Numbered from the stretch's first letter, positions 17,962 through 27,642 are shown. The stretch: 64,000 bases of DNA from an uncultured Gammaproteobacteria bacterium (GCA_964425075.1 CAYRKM010000002.1:64058-128057); one strand, 5' to 3'. Notes: a model not told the origin generated them from the sequence alone. Program-made: numbers and translations.

Positions 17962-19482
17962 CTAGAACCCTGGGAAGTAGTCGGTTACAATGTTCTGCCT
18001 TGAAACACCAAGACCCAAAAGCATTTTTCTATATCCATCTACCATTGAGATAGGCCCTGATAAATAAAACGTTCTGTTTTTATAGTCATTTACATATTTC
18101 TTAAGGTTTTCTTTGTTTAATCTTCCCACCCCACCTTTCCAATCAGGAGGAATATTCTTTTCATCAGTCAAGCAATAAATAGTAGTTATTCCTAGTTTTT
18201 TTGCCTCATTAAATAATTCTTTATAAACAATTTCTTCTTCTCGCCCATTGGAATAGAGCAAAACAATATCTCTTTTCTCATTGGAGTCAACTAGATATTT
18301 AATAATGCTTCGAAAAGGGGTTATTCCAATTCCTCCTGCAATAAATACCAATTTCTTGTTCTTTTCACTTGGTAAAATAAAGTCTCCAGTCAATTGGTCC
18401 GCTGTTATTTTTTCCTTTTCCCTAAATTCAAAGAGCCTTTGCTTAAAACTACTAGACTTTTCACTATATCGTACACCCAGTCTTAAAATATCCTCAGTCG
18501 GAGATGATGCGATAGTAAAAAATCTTCTGTTACCCCTTATGTCAGTTTTTAATTGAGGAACCGTCCACTCAAAATACTGCCCAGCTTTAAAAACCAAATT
18601 TTTTGGCTTTTCAAAAACAAACTCATAAGTGTTCTTGGCAATCTCTTTTTTTTCAATAAACGGAACTATGTATTTTTGTCTTTTGCTAATCAAAAATGAA
18701 AACAAATTTCCTATTACAAGCGAAAGTTCAGGTGAGGAAGCAATGAAACCGAAGGAAAACGGAGTTGAATATAGCGCTCCTACAAAAACCCCATATAAAA
18801 TCTGTAACCTTCTTGTTGGAGGAGTCGTATATGGTTCGGTGAGCATAATTGTAGCAAAAAAAACAGTTGGTAAAGCCATAAAAAACTCCTGAGTGGAGTC
18901 GCCCACGCTATTTACGCGAAACAATCCAAACAGAATATAAAACAAAAGTGAAGGGAGTATAAAGGAAAATAAAAAAACAAATCTTCTAATCTTTCTAACA
19001 ACTAACAACCCTAAGACAATAGTTGGGAATAACAAAAATGGATGTGCCACCCACCAAATGCCGCCTCCCAAATTTAAAAGACTTAAAACAACCAAGGTGA
19101 ATGCAACTGGGTTGAAGATATGGTGTTTTTTGTATGCAAAAATGTATTTTGAACCCATAGCTATAACTATGGCCATTAGATAAACTTTAACGTCTAAAAG
19201 TGATTGAAGGGGAATGAGTAAGAAAAAGAGAATAAGCCCCGTTATGTAGGCAGACTCAGAATTTATTGTAGCTTTGAATAATTTTGCAAAAAGGAAATTC
19301 ACAAAAAAAGTTACCCCAAAAAGAAATATGAGAGAAAACAATAGAGAAATTCCACCATCAGGCAAAATTCCCAGAAAGCCCAAAATTATTGAATAGAATG
19401 CTAAAGCAAGAAGTCCATACATCACGAGCCTATACATCGTGATGGAGTTGAGCAACTGGTCAATGCGTTGAAGGACAAACAT
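17962..19482 (-). CDS. polytopic membrane protein fused to FNR-like FAD/NAD(P)-binding oxidoreductase module
   Basis: ~8-9 N-terminal TMs; C-terminal RFFTIASSP (RxYS-type FAD motif) and GGIGITPF (NAD(P) motif). Confidence 0.6.
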   Translation of the reverse strand: MFVLQRIDQLLNSITMYRLVMYGLLALAFYSIILGFLGILPDGGISLLFSLIFLFGVTFFVNFLFAKLFKATINSESAYITGLILFFLLIPLQSLLDVKVYLMAIVIAMGSKYIFAYKKHHIFNPVAFTLVVLSLLNLGGGIWWVAHPFLLFPTIVLGLLVVRKIRRFVFLFSFILPSLLFYILFGLFRVNSVGDSTQEFFMALPTVFFATIMLTEPYTTPPTRRLQILYGVFVGALYSTPFSFGFIASSPELSLVIGNLFSFLISKRQKYIVPFIEKKEIAKNTYEFVFEKPKNLVFKAGQYFEWTVPQLKTDIRGNRRFFTIASSPTEDILRLGVRYSEKSSSFKQRLFEFREKEKITADQLTGDFILPSEKNKKLVFIAGGIGITPFRSIIKYLVDSNEKRDIVLLYSNGREEEIVYKELFNEAKKLGITTIYCLTDEKNIPPDWKGGVGRLNKENLKKYVNDYKNRTFYLSGPISMVDGYRKMLLGLGVSRQNIVTDYFPGF

Positions 19483-19550
19483 AGATCTAGTTTATCAAAA
19501 AAACTTAACACGGAGGGTATTTTCTCTAAAGAACTCGCAAAGTGAACGAA

Positions 19551-19627
19551 ACTAAAGTGCCTGCGCTGAATGAAGCTGAAGTGCTTGCACTGAGTGAAGC
19601 TGAAGTGCTTGCACTGAGTGAAGCGAA
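19551..19627 (+). repeat. tRNA-flanking tandem repeat (24-nt units, core AGTGC-YT-GCRCT), 3' side of tRNA-Ala
   Basis: ctaaagtgcctgcgctgaatgaag / ctgaagtgcttgcactgagtgaag x2. Confidence 0.8.
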
Positions 19628-19698
19628 GTGGACCCGAGGGGAATTGAACCCCTCCCTCATCCATGCCATGGATGCATTCTACCGATGAACTACGGGCC
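19628..19698 (-). tRNA. tRNA-Ala (GGC)
   Basis: Reverse complement has acceptor gggcccg with the G3:U70 identity pair, anticodon loop ATGGCAT, T-loop TTCAATT. Confidence 0.85.
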
Positions 19699-19728
19699 CG
19701 CTGTTTCATATTCTACAAAACTTAATAC

Positions 19729-19799
19729 TAGATTTGAAGTGCCTGTGCTGAGGAACGTAAAGACGAAGTGCCTGCACTGAGAAACGTAAAGACGAAGTG
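19729..19799 (+). repeat. tRNA-flanking tandem repeat (29-nt units), 5' side of tRNA-Ala
   Basis: gaagtgcctgtgctgaggaacgtaaagac / gaagtgcctgcactgagaaacgtaaagac / gaagtgc. Confidence 0.8.
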
Positions 19800-19806
19800 C
19801 TACAAT

Positions 19807-21018
19807 ATGGCTACTATGCACATACCCCTCGCTGAAAAATTACGACCTCTAACTTTGGATGATTTCGTGGGGCAGGAACATTTAGTTGGAAAAGGTAAAC
19901 CTATCAGAAGGATGATTGAAACTGGAAATATAACCTCAATGATGTTCTGGGGACCTCCAGGATGTGGCAAAACAACACTTGCAACTGTAATTGCAAATTC
20001 TCTGGACGCTGAGTTTGTCTTCTTCTCCGCTGTAACAAGTGGGGTAGAGGACGTAAGAAAAGTTATAAAGCACGCTTCAACTGTCCGTGAACAGGAAAAT
20101 AAAAAAACCATTCTTTTTGTTGACGAAATTCATAGGTTTAATAAATCGCAACAAGATGCTTTTTTACCTCACGTAGAAAATGGGACGATAATTTTAATTG
20201 GTGCTACAACAGAAAACCCTGGATTCCGAATAAATGCACCTCTATTGTCTCGTAGTCAGCTATTTGTTCTTAAGCCTTTAACTAACGAGAATATTGAGCA
20301 AGTAGTAAAAAGAGCTGTTTCCTTTTTTCCAAAACATTCAATAGAGAATGAGGCCGTTGAGCATATTACGCGTATGTCAAATGGGGACGCCAGATTTGCA
20401 ATTAACGCGATAGAAGTTGCTACGTCTTTGGCTAAAAAAATTACTTTAAAAGTGGTTGAAGAGGCTATGCAAAAAAGAGCTGTGTACTATGACAAAAAGG
20501 GGGATTATCATTACGACACAATTTCAGCCTTTATAAAATCCATGCGTGGAGGAGATCCTGACGCAACTCTTCATTATCTTGCCCGCATGCTAAAAGCAGG
20601 AGAAGACCCGATGTTTATAGCCAGACGTATGGTAATATTTGCCTCAGAAGACATAGGAAACGCTCAGCCAACAGCACTTGTGCTTGCAACAAGCGCAATG
20701 CAGGCGGTACATATGATAGGACTTCCCGAGGCACAACTTATTCTTGCCCAAACCGCAACGTATCTTTCAACGGCTCAGAAATCTATCGCTTCAACTATAG
20801 GAATAAGTGAGGCTATGCAAGACGTTGAGATAGATAATCTACCAGAAATTCCACTTCACTTAAGAAATGCCGCAAATAAAGTCATGAAGAATTTGAATTA
20901 TGGAAAAGGACATGTGAGATACGCCTGGAAGGAAGAAAGAGAAACAGGAAAAAAGGTTAACCAAGACTATTTACCAGATAAGCTTAAGGGCAAGAAGTAC
21001 TACAAACGCGATTGGTAA
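19807..21018 (+). CDS. rarA: replication-associated recombination protein A (AAA+ ATPase)
   Basis: Walker A GPPGCGKTTLA, Walker B ILFVDEIHRFNK. The ATG at 19807 is preferred because the 19768 start lies inside the repeat array. Confidence 0.85.
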   Translation: MATMHIPLAEKLRPLTLDDFVGQEHLVGKGKPIRRMIETGNITSMMFWGPPGCGKTTLATVIANSLDAEFVFFSAVTSGVEDVRKVIKHASTVREQENKKTILFVDEIHRFNKSQQDAFLPHVENGTIILIGATTENPGFRINAPLLSRSQLFVLKPLTNENIEQVVKRAVSFFPKHSIENEAVEHITRMSNGDARFAINAIEVATSLAKKITLKVVEEAMQKRAVYYDKKGDYHYDTISAFIKSMRGGDPDATLHYLARMLKAGEDPMFIARRMVIFASEDIGNAQPTALVLATSAMQAVHMIGLPEAQLILAQTATYLSTAQKSIASTIGISEAMQDVEIDNLPEIPLHLRNAANKVMKNLNYGKGHVRYAWKEERETGKKVNQDYLPDKLKGKKYYKRDW

Positions 21019-21089
21019 AAGTGTTTCAAGCTTTACTTTAAAAAAGACTAGTAAAATATTCTCTTTTTCCTATAAACTAAAATTGACTT

Positions 21090-21668
21090 ATGACAGGTAG
21101 AACTCATGATCTTGCTGCATTTACAGCTCTAACCATAACTGTTGCTTTCTTTCCTCTTGAGAAAATGACCTTAGCAACTGCATTTGTGGCAGTGGGAAGC
21201 AATATGTTGGGAGGCCTTGCTCCTGACATAGATCAGTCAACCGGTGCATTATGGAAAAAAATACGATTCGGTGCGATTTTGGGAAAATTATTATACCCCA
21301 TTTTTGGAGGTCATAGACATATTTCTCATTCCTTTTTAGGACTTATTTTCTTTGGAATTTTGGCAAAATTTCTTTTGACATTAATTTCGAATGTTTTACT
21401 AGTTGATATAAATATTGTCTGGTGGTCATTTATGATAGGAGTCGTTTCGCATTTGGTAACAGACACATTTACTCATTCGGGTGTCCCTTGGTTATTCCCA
21501 ATTCCTACGAAATTTGGAATTCCTCCAATAAAAGCATTACGATTTCATACCGGAAGTTTTGTAGAGAAGGGTCTCGTCTTCCCTGGGTTAGTTTTGGTAA
21601 ATATGTATATTGTCTACAGCAATTACCCAAGATTTCTAGAATTTATTAGGGAATATATTGTTCGCTGA
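21090..21668 (+). CDS. membrane-bound metal-dependent hydrolase-like protein (DUF457/YdjM-like)
   Basis: 4-5 TM helices with conserved His/Asp pattern. Confidence 0.45.
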   Translation: MTGRTHDLAAFTALTITVAFFPLEKMTLATAFVAVGSNMLGGLAPDIDQSTGALWKKIRFGAILGKLLYPIFGGHRHISHSFLGLIFFGILAKFLLTLISNVLLVDINIVWWSFMIGVVSHLVTDTFTHSGVPWLFPIPTKFGIPPIKALRFHTGSFVEKGLVFPGLVLVNMYIVYSNYPRFLEFIREYIVR

Positions 21669-21678
21669 GTCTATCAAG

Positions 21679-21754
21679 GTTTGCCTGCACTGAACAAAGC
21701 TGAATGTGCTTGCACTGAACAAAGCTGAATGTGCTTGCACTGAGTGAAACGAAG
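21679..21754 (+). repeat. tRNA-flanking tandem repeat (25-nt units), 3' side of tRNA-Leu(TAA)
   Basis: gaatgtgcttgcactgaacaaagct x2 plus variants. Confidence 0.8.
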
Positions 21755-21835
21755 TGCCTGGAAAGGGACTCGAACCCTTATCCCCGAAGGGACACGCTCT
21801 TAAGGCGTGCGTGTATACCATTCCACCACCCAGGC
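21755..21835 (-). tRNA. tRNA-Leu (TAA)
   Basis: Reverse complement has anticodon stem cacgc/gcgtg, loop CTTAAGA, long variable arm, T-loop TTCGAGT. Confidence 0.85.
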
Positions 21836-21871
21836 AACAAAAAGAATTATACCAAATAATGAGGTTAAAAC

Positions 21872-22846
21872 CTACGTGTGTGGTGGAGGATGCACTCCAA
21901 GTCTCTCAAGGCTATAGTCAAGCAAGTCTTTCATTTCTTGTCTTCTATTTTCACTATTTAGAAGTACGGCAATAATTCTGTGTCCCTTGTATTCTAAATA
22001 GGTTACCAAGCACATTCCTGCCTCATCTGTATAGCCTGTTTTTACGCCCTTAACACCTGGGTAGGTTGTTAATAAATTTGTCTGATTGGAAAGAAGGAAA
22101 TATTTATGATTTGATGTTTGTTCAATCTCATGAGTGACAGTTGAAGCAATGTTTACAAAATCTTTGTTTTGAAGAGCGAGGCGGGTTAAAACCAGCAGGT
22201 CTTTTGCAGTACTATATTGTTTCCCCTCACCCTCAAGCCCACTTGGGTTCGTGAAACGAGTATCGGAAAGACCTAAATCTTCAGCTTTTTTATTCATAAG
22301 ATGCACAAAGTCTTGTCTTTGAAATTGACTTCCCTGAGCTAGTGCCTCTGCTGCATCATTTCCTGAATGCAGGATCAATCCATATAGTAAATCCTCTACG
22401 CTTACCTTCTCACCTGCAGTTAACCCCATGGCATTTTCCCCAACTTCAGCAGCTGACTTACTAATCAAAAGTTCTTCATTCAAATTCATATTCTCAAGAA
22501 CTATTACAGCAGTCATTATCTTTGTAAGCGAGGCTATTGGTAGTTTTTCAGATACATTTTTTCCATAAATAAATGTATCTGTTGTAAGGTCATATGAAAG
22601 CGCTGCTCTTGAATTCAATTTGAGGTCATTTGTACCCTTTTCGTCTTCTGGAATCCTTGGAGTCCAAAAATCGGTTGCATCAGCTTCCTTGTAAAAAGAG
22701 TTTACTAATAGAGCGGGAAGAGGTGAAAGTATTTTTGCTGCATTCTGGAATCTTGATTCACTGAAATATGAAAGACTTGAAAGAACTGTTGTTACAACAA
22801 GAAACAAAACTACGCACCAAAACAAAAAGGAGCCTAAAGTTTTCAT
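21872..22846 (-). CDS. D-alanyl-D-alanine carboxypeptidase (PBP5/6-type)
   Basis: SxxK (ASLTK), SGN and KTG(Y)T motifs in order; signal peptide. Confidence 0.8.
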   Translation of the reverse strand: MKTLGSFLFWCVVLFLVVTTVLSSLSYFSESRFQNAAKILSPLPALLVNSFYKEADATDFWTPRIPEDEKGTNDLKLNSRAALSYDLTTDTFIYGKNVSEKLPIASLTKIMTAVIVLENMNLNEELLISKSAAEVGENAMGLTAGEKVSVEDLLYGLILHSGNDAAEALAQGSQFQRQDFVHLMNKKAEDLGLSDTRFTNPSGLEGEGKQYSTAKDLLVLTRLALQNKDFVNIASTVTHEIEQTSNHKYFLLSNQTNLLTTYPGVKGVKTGYTDEAGMCLVTYLEYKGHRIIAVLLNSENRRQEMKDLLDYSLERLGVHPPPHT

Positions 22847-22958
22847 AGAGTTTTTAGTATATCCTTATTGGATAGTTCGTTTCAATCTTTTTGTACGTTG
22901 TAAATCCCTTCGTTTTTTTATAATCGAAGATTGCATTTCTAAGTGATATAATTAGGAA

Positions 22959-23552
22959 ATGTCTTCGACCACAAATTATCAGAAACACATCAACCAAAAT
23001 CCAATCCAACGCCTCCTTATACAAAATTTTTATAACTCATTTTTCAAAGTCATAAAACCCTTAAGAGCAAAGAGTGTGCTTGATGTAGGTTGTGGGGAGG
23101 GATTTACGCTTAAAAAGCTTGAGGAAAAAAAGATTGGACAAAACAATGTTGGAGTAGATTATTCAAATACTGCCATAAAGTTGGGTAAAAAAATGTACCC
23201 AAACCTTAAACTTCAAACCGGAAGTGTATATGATATGGATTTTAAAGATAATTCATTTGACCTTATTATTTGCACAGAAGTCCTAGAGCATCTTGATGAC
23301 CCAAATAAGGCTATTGAAGAGATGAAAAGAGTAGGAAGTAAATATTTATTGTTCTCAGTACCAAATGAACCTTTTTTTATTGGAGCTAATTTACTGAGAG
23401 GCAAATATTTAAAAACTTTTGGAAATCATCCAGAACATATTAATCATTGGACATTTTGGAGTTTCGAAAAACTACTAAGAAAGCATGGGCTAAAAATAAT
23501 GAAAAAAAGATATCCCTTTGCTTGGACGATGATTTTGGCAAAAAAAGTGTGA
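22959..23552 (+). CDS. class I SAM-dependent methyltransferase
   Basis: Motif I VLDVGCGEGF; Methyltransf_11-like layout. Confidence 0.7.
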   Translation: MSSTTNYQKHINQNPIQRLLIQNFYNSFFKVIKPLRAKSVLDVGCGEGFTLKKLEEKKIGQNNVGVDYSNTAIKLGKKMYPNLKLQTGSVYDMDFKDNSFDLIICTEVLEHLDDPNKAIEEMKRVGSKYLLFSVPNEPFFIGANLLRGKYLKTFGNHPEHINHWTFWSFEKLLRKHGLKIMKKRYPFAWTMILAKKV

Positions 23553-23553
23553 A

Positions 23554-24708
23554 CTAACGACCAATAAACCTTCTGAAGTATACAAATAAAACTCCTAGTC
23601 CAAGCGTCATCGCTACAAATGATATTAACCAACCAATTATTGGAATCCAAGTTATTACCCACAACACAGGAACTCCAACAAAAGAGGCTAGTGGTAGAGA
23701 GACTTTGTATGTCTTTTTTTTATTGTAAGAAAGAATCTCGTGTCCTAAGTAAATACCTGCAAGCATTTTACTAAGCATTAATGCAATAATCCAAATAAGT
23801 CCCAATAAAACAGCAATGGGGATACCTATGAGTGTGAATAGAAGAAATATCACCAAAATTGGAGTAAGGAAAAGCACAACAAGTCCCCAACCAAAAAGAG
23901 ATATTTTATCATGCTTAATACCCTCAACTAACTCTTGAATTAGTTTTGGAAGGAAAAATGCCAACAGTATCGCAAAAAGAGTAAACGAAACCAAGGACAT
24001 GATTTGTCCCACTAACCATACTAAAGTAAAAAACTTGGCGAATTCAGAAGCTTGCTTGTTCTGTGTCTGCAACTCAATCTGCTTATAGTTAGTCCTTCCT
24101 GAAACCGTAGCGTTGTCTAAAATTTCTGCTTTTTGTGGTGAACGATAGGAGAAATTCCCTTTTATAAGTGCGTCATCAGCAAGAGTCACTTTTTGAGACT
24201 CTACATCTACTTTTCCATTAACAGTGCCTGTTACATATAAATCTTGCATGACACCTGATATGTCTCTGGAAACAACACCCATAATGTTTACAGATTGTCC
24301 CGCAGACATAATCTCACCATTTATTCTTCCGTTTTTCTCTATGATTAACTCTTGCCCCAAAAAAGCAACATTTCTTTCAACAGTACCGGCAATAATTAGT
24401 GTTTGCCCAGCAAATCTAACATCACCATTGACCGTTCCCTCAATTCGTAAAGTTTGCCCAGCACATAGTACGTCCCCTTGGACAACGCCTACAACCTTTA
24501 AACTTTGCCCGGCACAAAACACGTCGCTTGCTACATTTCCATTAACTGTTACATTTTGTCCCGTACCAATAAGAGTCTCATTGATAATTACGTCTCGTGG
24601 AACAGTAATATTGTCACCAGAACGTACGGAAATGGCATGCGAGGTTGAAGGAAAAAAAACAAAAAGGAGAACAAACGTTATCACAAAATACTGAATCAAA
24701 CGTTTCAT
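23554..24708 (-). CDS. bactofilin-like beta-helix repeat protein with N-terminal signal/TM and C-terminal multi-TM domain
   Basis: Repeats VxGxVxxDVxCAGQxL typical of bactofilin (DUF583) beta-helix; hydrophobic termini. Confidence 0.45.
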   Translation of the reverse strand: MKRLIQYFVITFVLLFVFFPSTSHAISVRSGDNITVPRDVIINETLIGTGQNVTVNGNVASDVFCAGQSLKVVGVVQGDVLCAGQTLRIEGTVNGDVRFAGQTLIIAGTVERNVAFLGQELIIEKNGRINGEIMSAGQSVNIMGVVSRDISGVMQDLYVTGTVNGKVDVESQKVTLADDALIKGNFSYRSPQKAEILDNATVSGRTNYKQIELQTQNKQASEFAKFFTLVWLVGQIMSLVSFTLFAILLAFFLPKLIQELVEGIKHDKISLFGWGLVVLFLTPILVIFLLFTLIGIPIAVLLGLIWIIALMLSKMLAGIYLGHEILSYNKKKTYKVSLPLASFVGVPVLWVITWIPIIGWLISFVAMTLGLGVLFVYFRRFIGR

Positions 24709-24985
24709 AAGAGAAGATTATTACAAAGTGGTAAAGAAGTCAACCAAACAGACGACAACCCATCCCCCGTAGTTTTTAATTTGCCAGAGCGATGGGTTGT
24801 ATTTATCTTAAGTTGCCTTAAGACTCGGTAGCCCAAAACAATTCTATAATAGAATGATTTGTAACACGTGTCAACAACAGCAATACTATAAGAAACAAAT
24901 TCTTTTCATAAATAGGCTTTGCTGTTTAAAACATACTGATTTAACAACCTAAATCAGAAAGTGGGGGGCATTAAAAAGGGATATC

Positions 24986-25927
24986 CTAGAGCCACTTTTT
25001 GTAGAAAAATATAAGAAGTATGCCAACTACTGAAATAGCCATTATCCACAATATAAAAATAAAAGCTGAAGGATTGGATGCAATGGGAAGTGATATGTTC
25101 ATTCCATAAAATCCTGTAATTATATTGGGTATTGTTACAACAATCGTAAGAGCAGTAAGAAGTTTTATTATTTTATTTAAGTTGTTTGTATAAATTACCT
25201 GATATGAGTCCCTAATTCCACGAATGCTCTTAAGACTTACAGTACAAATATCAGCAGACTGCTTAATACCAATTAAAAGGTCTTGTAGCAAATCTCTATC
25301 TTCTTCATAAACCTGTAAATACTTCTTGCTTGAAAGAGTTTCAACAACATTGTTTAGTGGCACGAGTGCCGAAAGGTATTGATTTAACAATTCTTCGCTT
25401 TCACTTAATATCAAAAAGTCCTCAGCGTTAATTTTCTTCATTTCGCGCCTTCCGTGTGGAACTCTGGCTGCAGCATTTTTAATATCAAGAGTGAATTGTT
25501 GGGCAATTTTAAGAAGTAATTTTATAAGAAGCTTCGTTTTCTGAGTAGTTGCAAGCATCGTATTTTGCTCCAAGATTTTCTGAACAAGTTGGTTTTTGGT
25601 AGGACATATTGTCACCAAATATTTATCAGTAATTACAACTGTTAGAAGTTCAGTATAAAGCTCGTCACCCTCATCAGAAGGAAATCTAAGATAAATAAGA
25701 ACACCTTCCTCTTGGCGTTCGATACGCGGAATTTCATAGATATCAAGCGCATCTTGCAAATCAAGATATTGAAGACCAGTAAGTTCACTGACTTTTTCAA
25801 GATCTTCGCGTTTTGCATTCTCAACATTCATCCAGCTTCCTGGCTTATATTTGTCCGTTTCCTTAAACTTTTTGTCTTTAAGTGTTTTGTAATAAATTGA
25901 AATCATAATTAATATTAATTGTAACAA
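24986..25927 (-). CDS. corA: CorA-family Mg2+/Co2+ transporter
   Basis: YGMN signature (GFYGMNISLP) before the two C-terminal TM helices. Confidence 0.8.
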   Translation of the reverse strand: MLQLILIMISIYYKTLKDKKFKETDKYKPGSWMNVENAKREDLEKVSELTGLQYLDLQDALDIYEIPRIERQEEGVLIYLRFPSDEGDELYTELLTVVITDKYLVTICPTKNQLVQKILEQNTMLATTQKTKLLIKLLLKIAQQFTLDIKNAAARVPHGRREMKKINAEDFLILSESEELLNQYLSALVPLNNVVETLSSKKYLQVYEEDRDLLQDLLIGIKQSADICTVSLKSIRGIRDSYQVIYTNNLNKIIKLLTALTIVVTIPNIITGFYGMNISLPIASNPSAFIFILWIMAISVVGILLIFFYKKWL

Positions 25928-26093
25928 TACTTTTCACTAAAGAACAAGAAGACACTCGTGCATTGTGGAAACATAAAAAAACATGTATAATACAAGTTGA
26001 GCAATGAAAGTAATCCCTCGGGAACTATTTCTTCTCTTTTTACTATCGATATATACATAATTTAATCCTCAGAATGAAAGGCGGTGAAATCAA

Positions 26094-26459
26094 ATGACAA
26101 AACTTTACATAGGAAATCTTCCTTATTCTGTAACCAATGATGATCTTACAAATCTTTTTGGAGAATATGGAACTGTTACCTCAGCATCCGTTGTGACCGA
26201 CAGGGAAACCGGTCGAAGCAAGGGATTTGGATTCGTAGAAATCGAAGAAGATGATAAAGCTCTTGAAGCTATCGAAAAACTCGATAAATCATCTTTCCAA
26301 GAAAGAACAATCTTTGTTTCTGTTGCTAGACCTCGCGAAGATAGACCATCAAACGGTGGTGGATATTCAGGCGGAGGCGGAGGCAGAAGCTTTGGGAATG
26401 ACAGACGTGGTGGTGGAGGAAGTGGCGGATTTAGACGCGACGACCGACGCGGTCACTAA
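26094..26459 (+). CDS. RRM-type RNA-binding protein with Gly/Arg-rich tail
   Basis: RNP-2 LYIGNL and RNP-1 KGFGFVEI motifs; C-terminal GGYSGGGGGRSFGNDRRGGGG. Confidence 0.85.
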   Translation: MTKLYIGNLPYSVTNDDLTNLFGEYGTVTSASVVTDRETGRSKGFGFVEIEEDDKALEAIEKLDKSSFQERTIFVSVARPREDRPSNGGGYSGGGGGRSFGNDRRGGGGSGGFRRDDRRGH

Positions 26460-26533
26460 ACAAAATACCACAAGAAAGATAGTTTTTTAAATGATATTTA
26501 ATTGACGTGACTTGTGGTATTTTTTTGGCAAAA

Positions 26534-27040
26534 TTAGCCCTTATTAGCTGCACCCAAATTAGCATCCGGCGCAAATACTTGCGCTACAATTTTTACCTCC
26601 GGTCTTTGCAAATGCCAATCTCTTGCTTGCCTCTCTCTTTGTAGGCCTCGCAAGTCCCCTACAGTAACTTCAATTGATTGGTGATCAATAGACAAACCAC
26701 CAGCGGGTAGCACTCCTGTCTTTGCATATTCACGATATCTATCTTGAATCATTCTGAAAGCTTTCGCTTTTTGTATTGAACCCTCTGTTACCAATAAGGC
26801 GTCCACTAAAGCACCACTTTGACTCTTAAACATAATTGCAAGGTAACCCTCCCATTCCTCGATAACCCTTCTTTCTTCAACCGTTAGGCCATCAATAGTG
26901 CCAGGAATTCTTCCACAATAAACATCAACTATGGGGGTCTCGTCGGAAAGAATAACTGCCTTAGCCCTAACACCAGTCAGAAACTCTGGAGTTAAAACTT
27001 CCATGTCTGGAGTTGTACCGACAACTTCTGCTCGTTGCAT
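26534..27040 (-). CDS. hypothetical protein (GC content visibly above neighbours)
   Basis: 168-aa ORF, no recognised motif. Confidence 0.35.
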   Translation of the reverse strand: MQRAEVVGTTPDMEVLTPEFLTGVRAKAVILSDETPIVDVYCGRIPGTIDGLTVEERRVIEEWEGYLAIMFKSQSGALVDALLVTEGSIQKAKAFRMIQDRYREYAKTGVLPAGGLSIDHQSIEVTVGDLRGLQRERQARDWHLQRPEVKIVAQVFAPDANLGAANKG

Positions 27041-27089
27041 AATATAAATTGTTTGAGGGATTTTGAGGGAGATTTTTTTAAGAGAAGTA

Positions 27090-27551
27090 TTATTGTTTCC
27101 TACGAAGCTTTGCTACGTATACAATTTCCTGAACTGTCCCGTCAGCTGCTTCAAAATAATTTTGTCCAGAAAGCTGACTATATTCCTGTATATAATTAGA
27201 AAGTTCACCCTGCGTTTCTTTCAAATTTTCTTTTACTTCATTAAGTTTTTCAACAACGTGTTTTACGTCTGACCTCTTAAATATTTCTTTTTTAGTGTTT
27301 CCTTTTACTCTTGCTGCTTCCTTTGCTTTTTCCGCGTGATCCTTATATGTTGCATCATTTGCAAGTACGCTGTCAAGCATTTCCTTATGCTTTAAAGCCT
27401 CTTGGCGAAGATTTTCTATTTCACCGAGATTAGAATTTATAAGATTAGTAAGACTTATTATTGTTTGGGCCGTATTTTCTCCATCAGACACTGGAGTTTC
27501 GTTAATTACTTCTGCTTCAATTACTTCATTTTGAGGTGAATTGTCGTCCAT
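27090..27551 (-). CDS. hypothetical coiled-coil protein
   Basis: 153 aa, acidic N-terminus, heptad-like central region. Confidence 0.35.
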   Translation of the reverse strand: MDDNSPQNEVIEAEVINETPVSDGENTAQTIISLTNLINSNLGEIENLRQEALKHKEMLDSVLANDATYKDHAEKAKEAARVKGNTKKEIFKRSDVKHVVEKLNEVKENLKETQGELSNYIQEYSQLSGQNYFEAADGTVQEIVYVAKLRRKQ

Positions 27552-27642
27552 AGATTACCAATATACTCTAAATTAAAGTGCCAAATCAAGAGGGAAAAGA
27601 CAAAATGGGGTATAATATATTGTTTGCTTAAGCATTATTTCT

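Noticed and set aside
19422-19709. 95-aa minus-strand ORF overlapping tRNA-Ala and the repeats
   Set aside because: It spans a tRNA gene and tandem repeats. Its product is repeat-driven (…FTQCKHFSFTQCKHFSF…).
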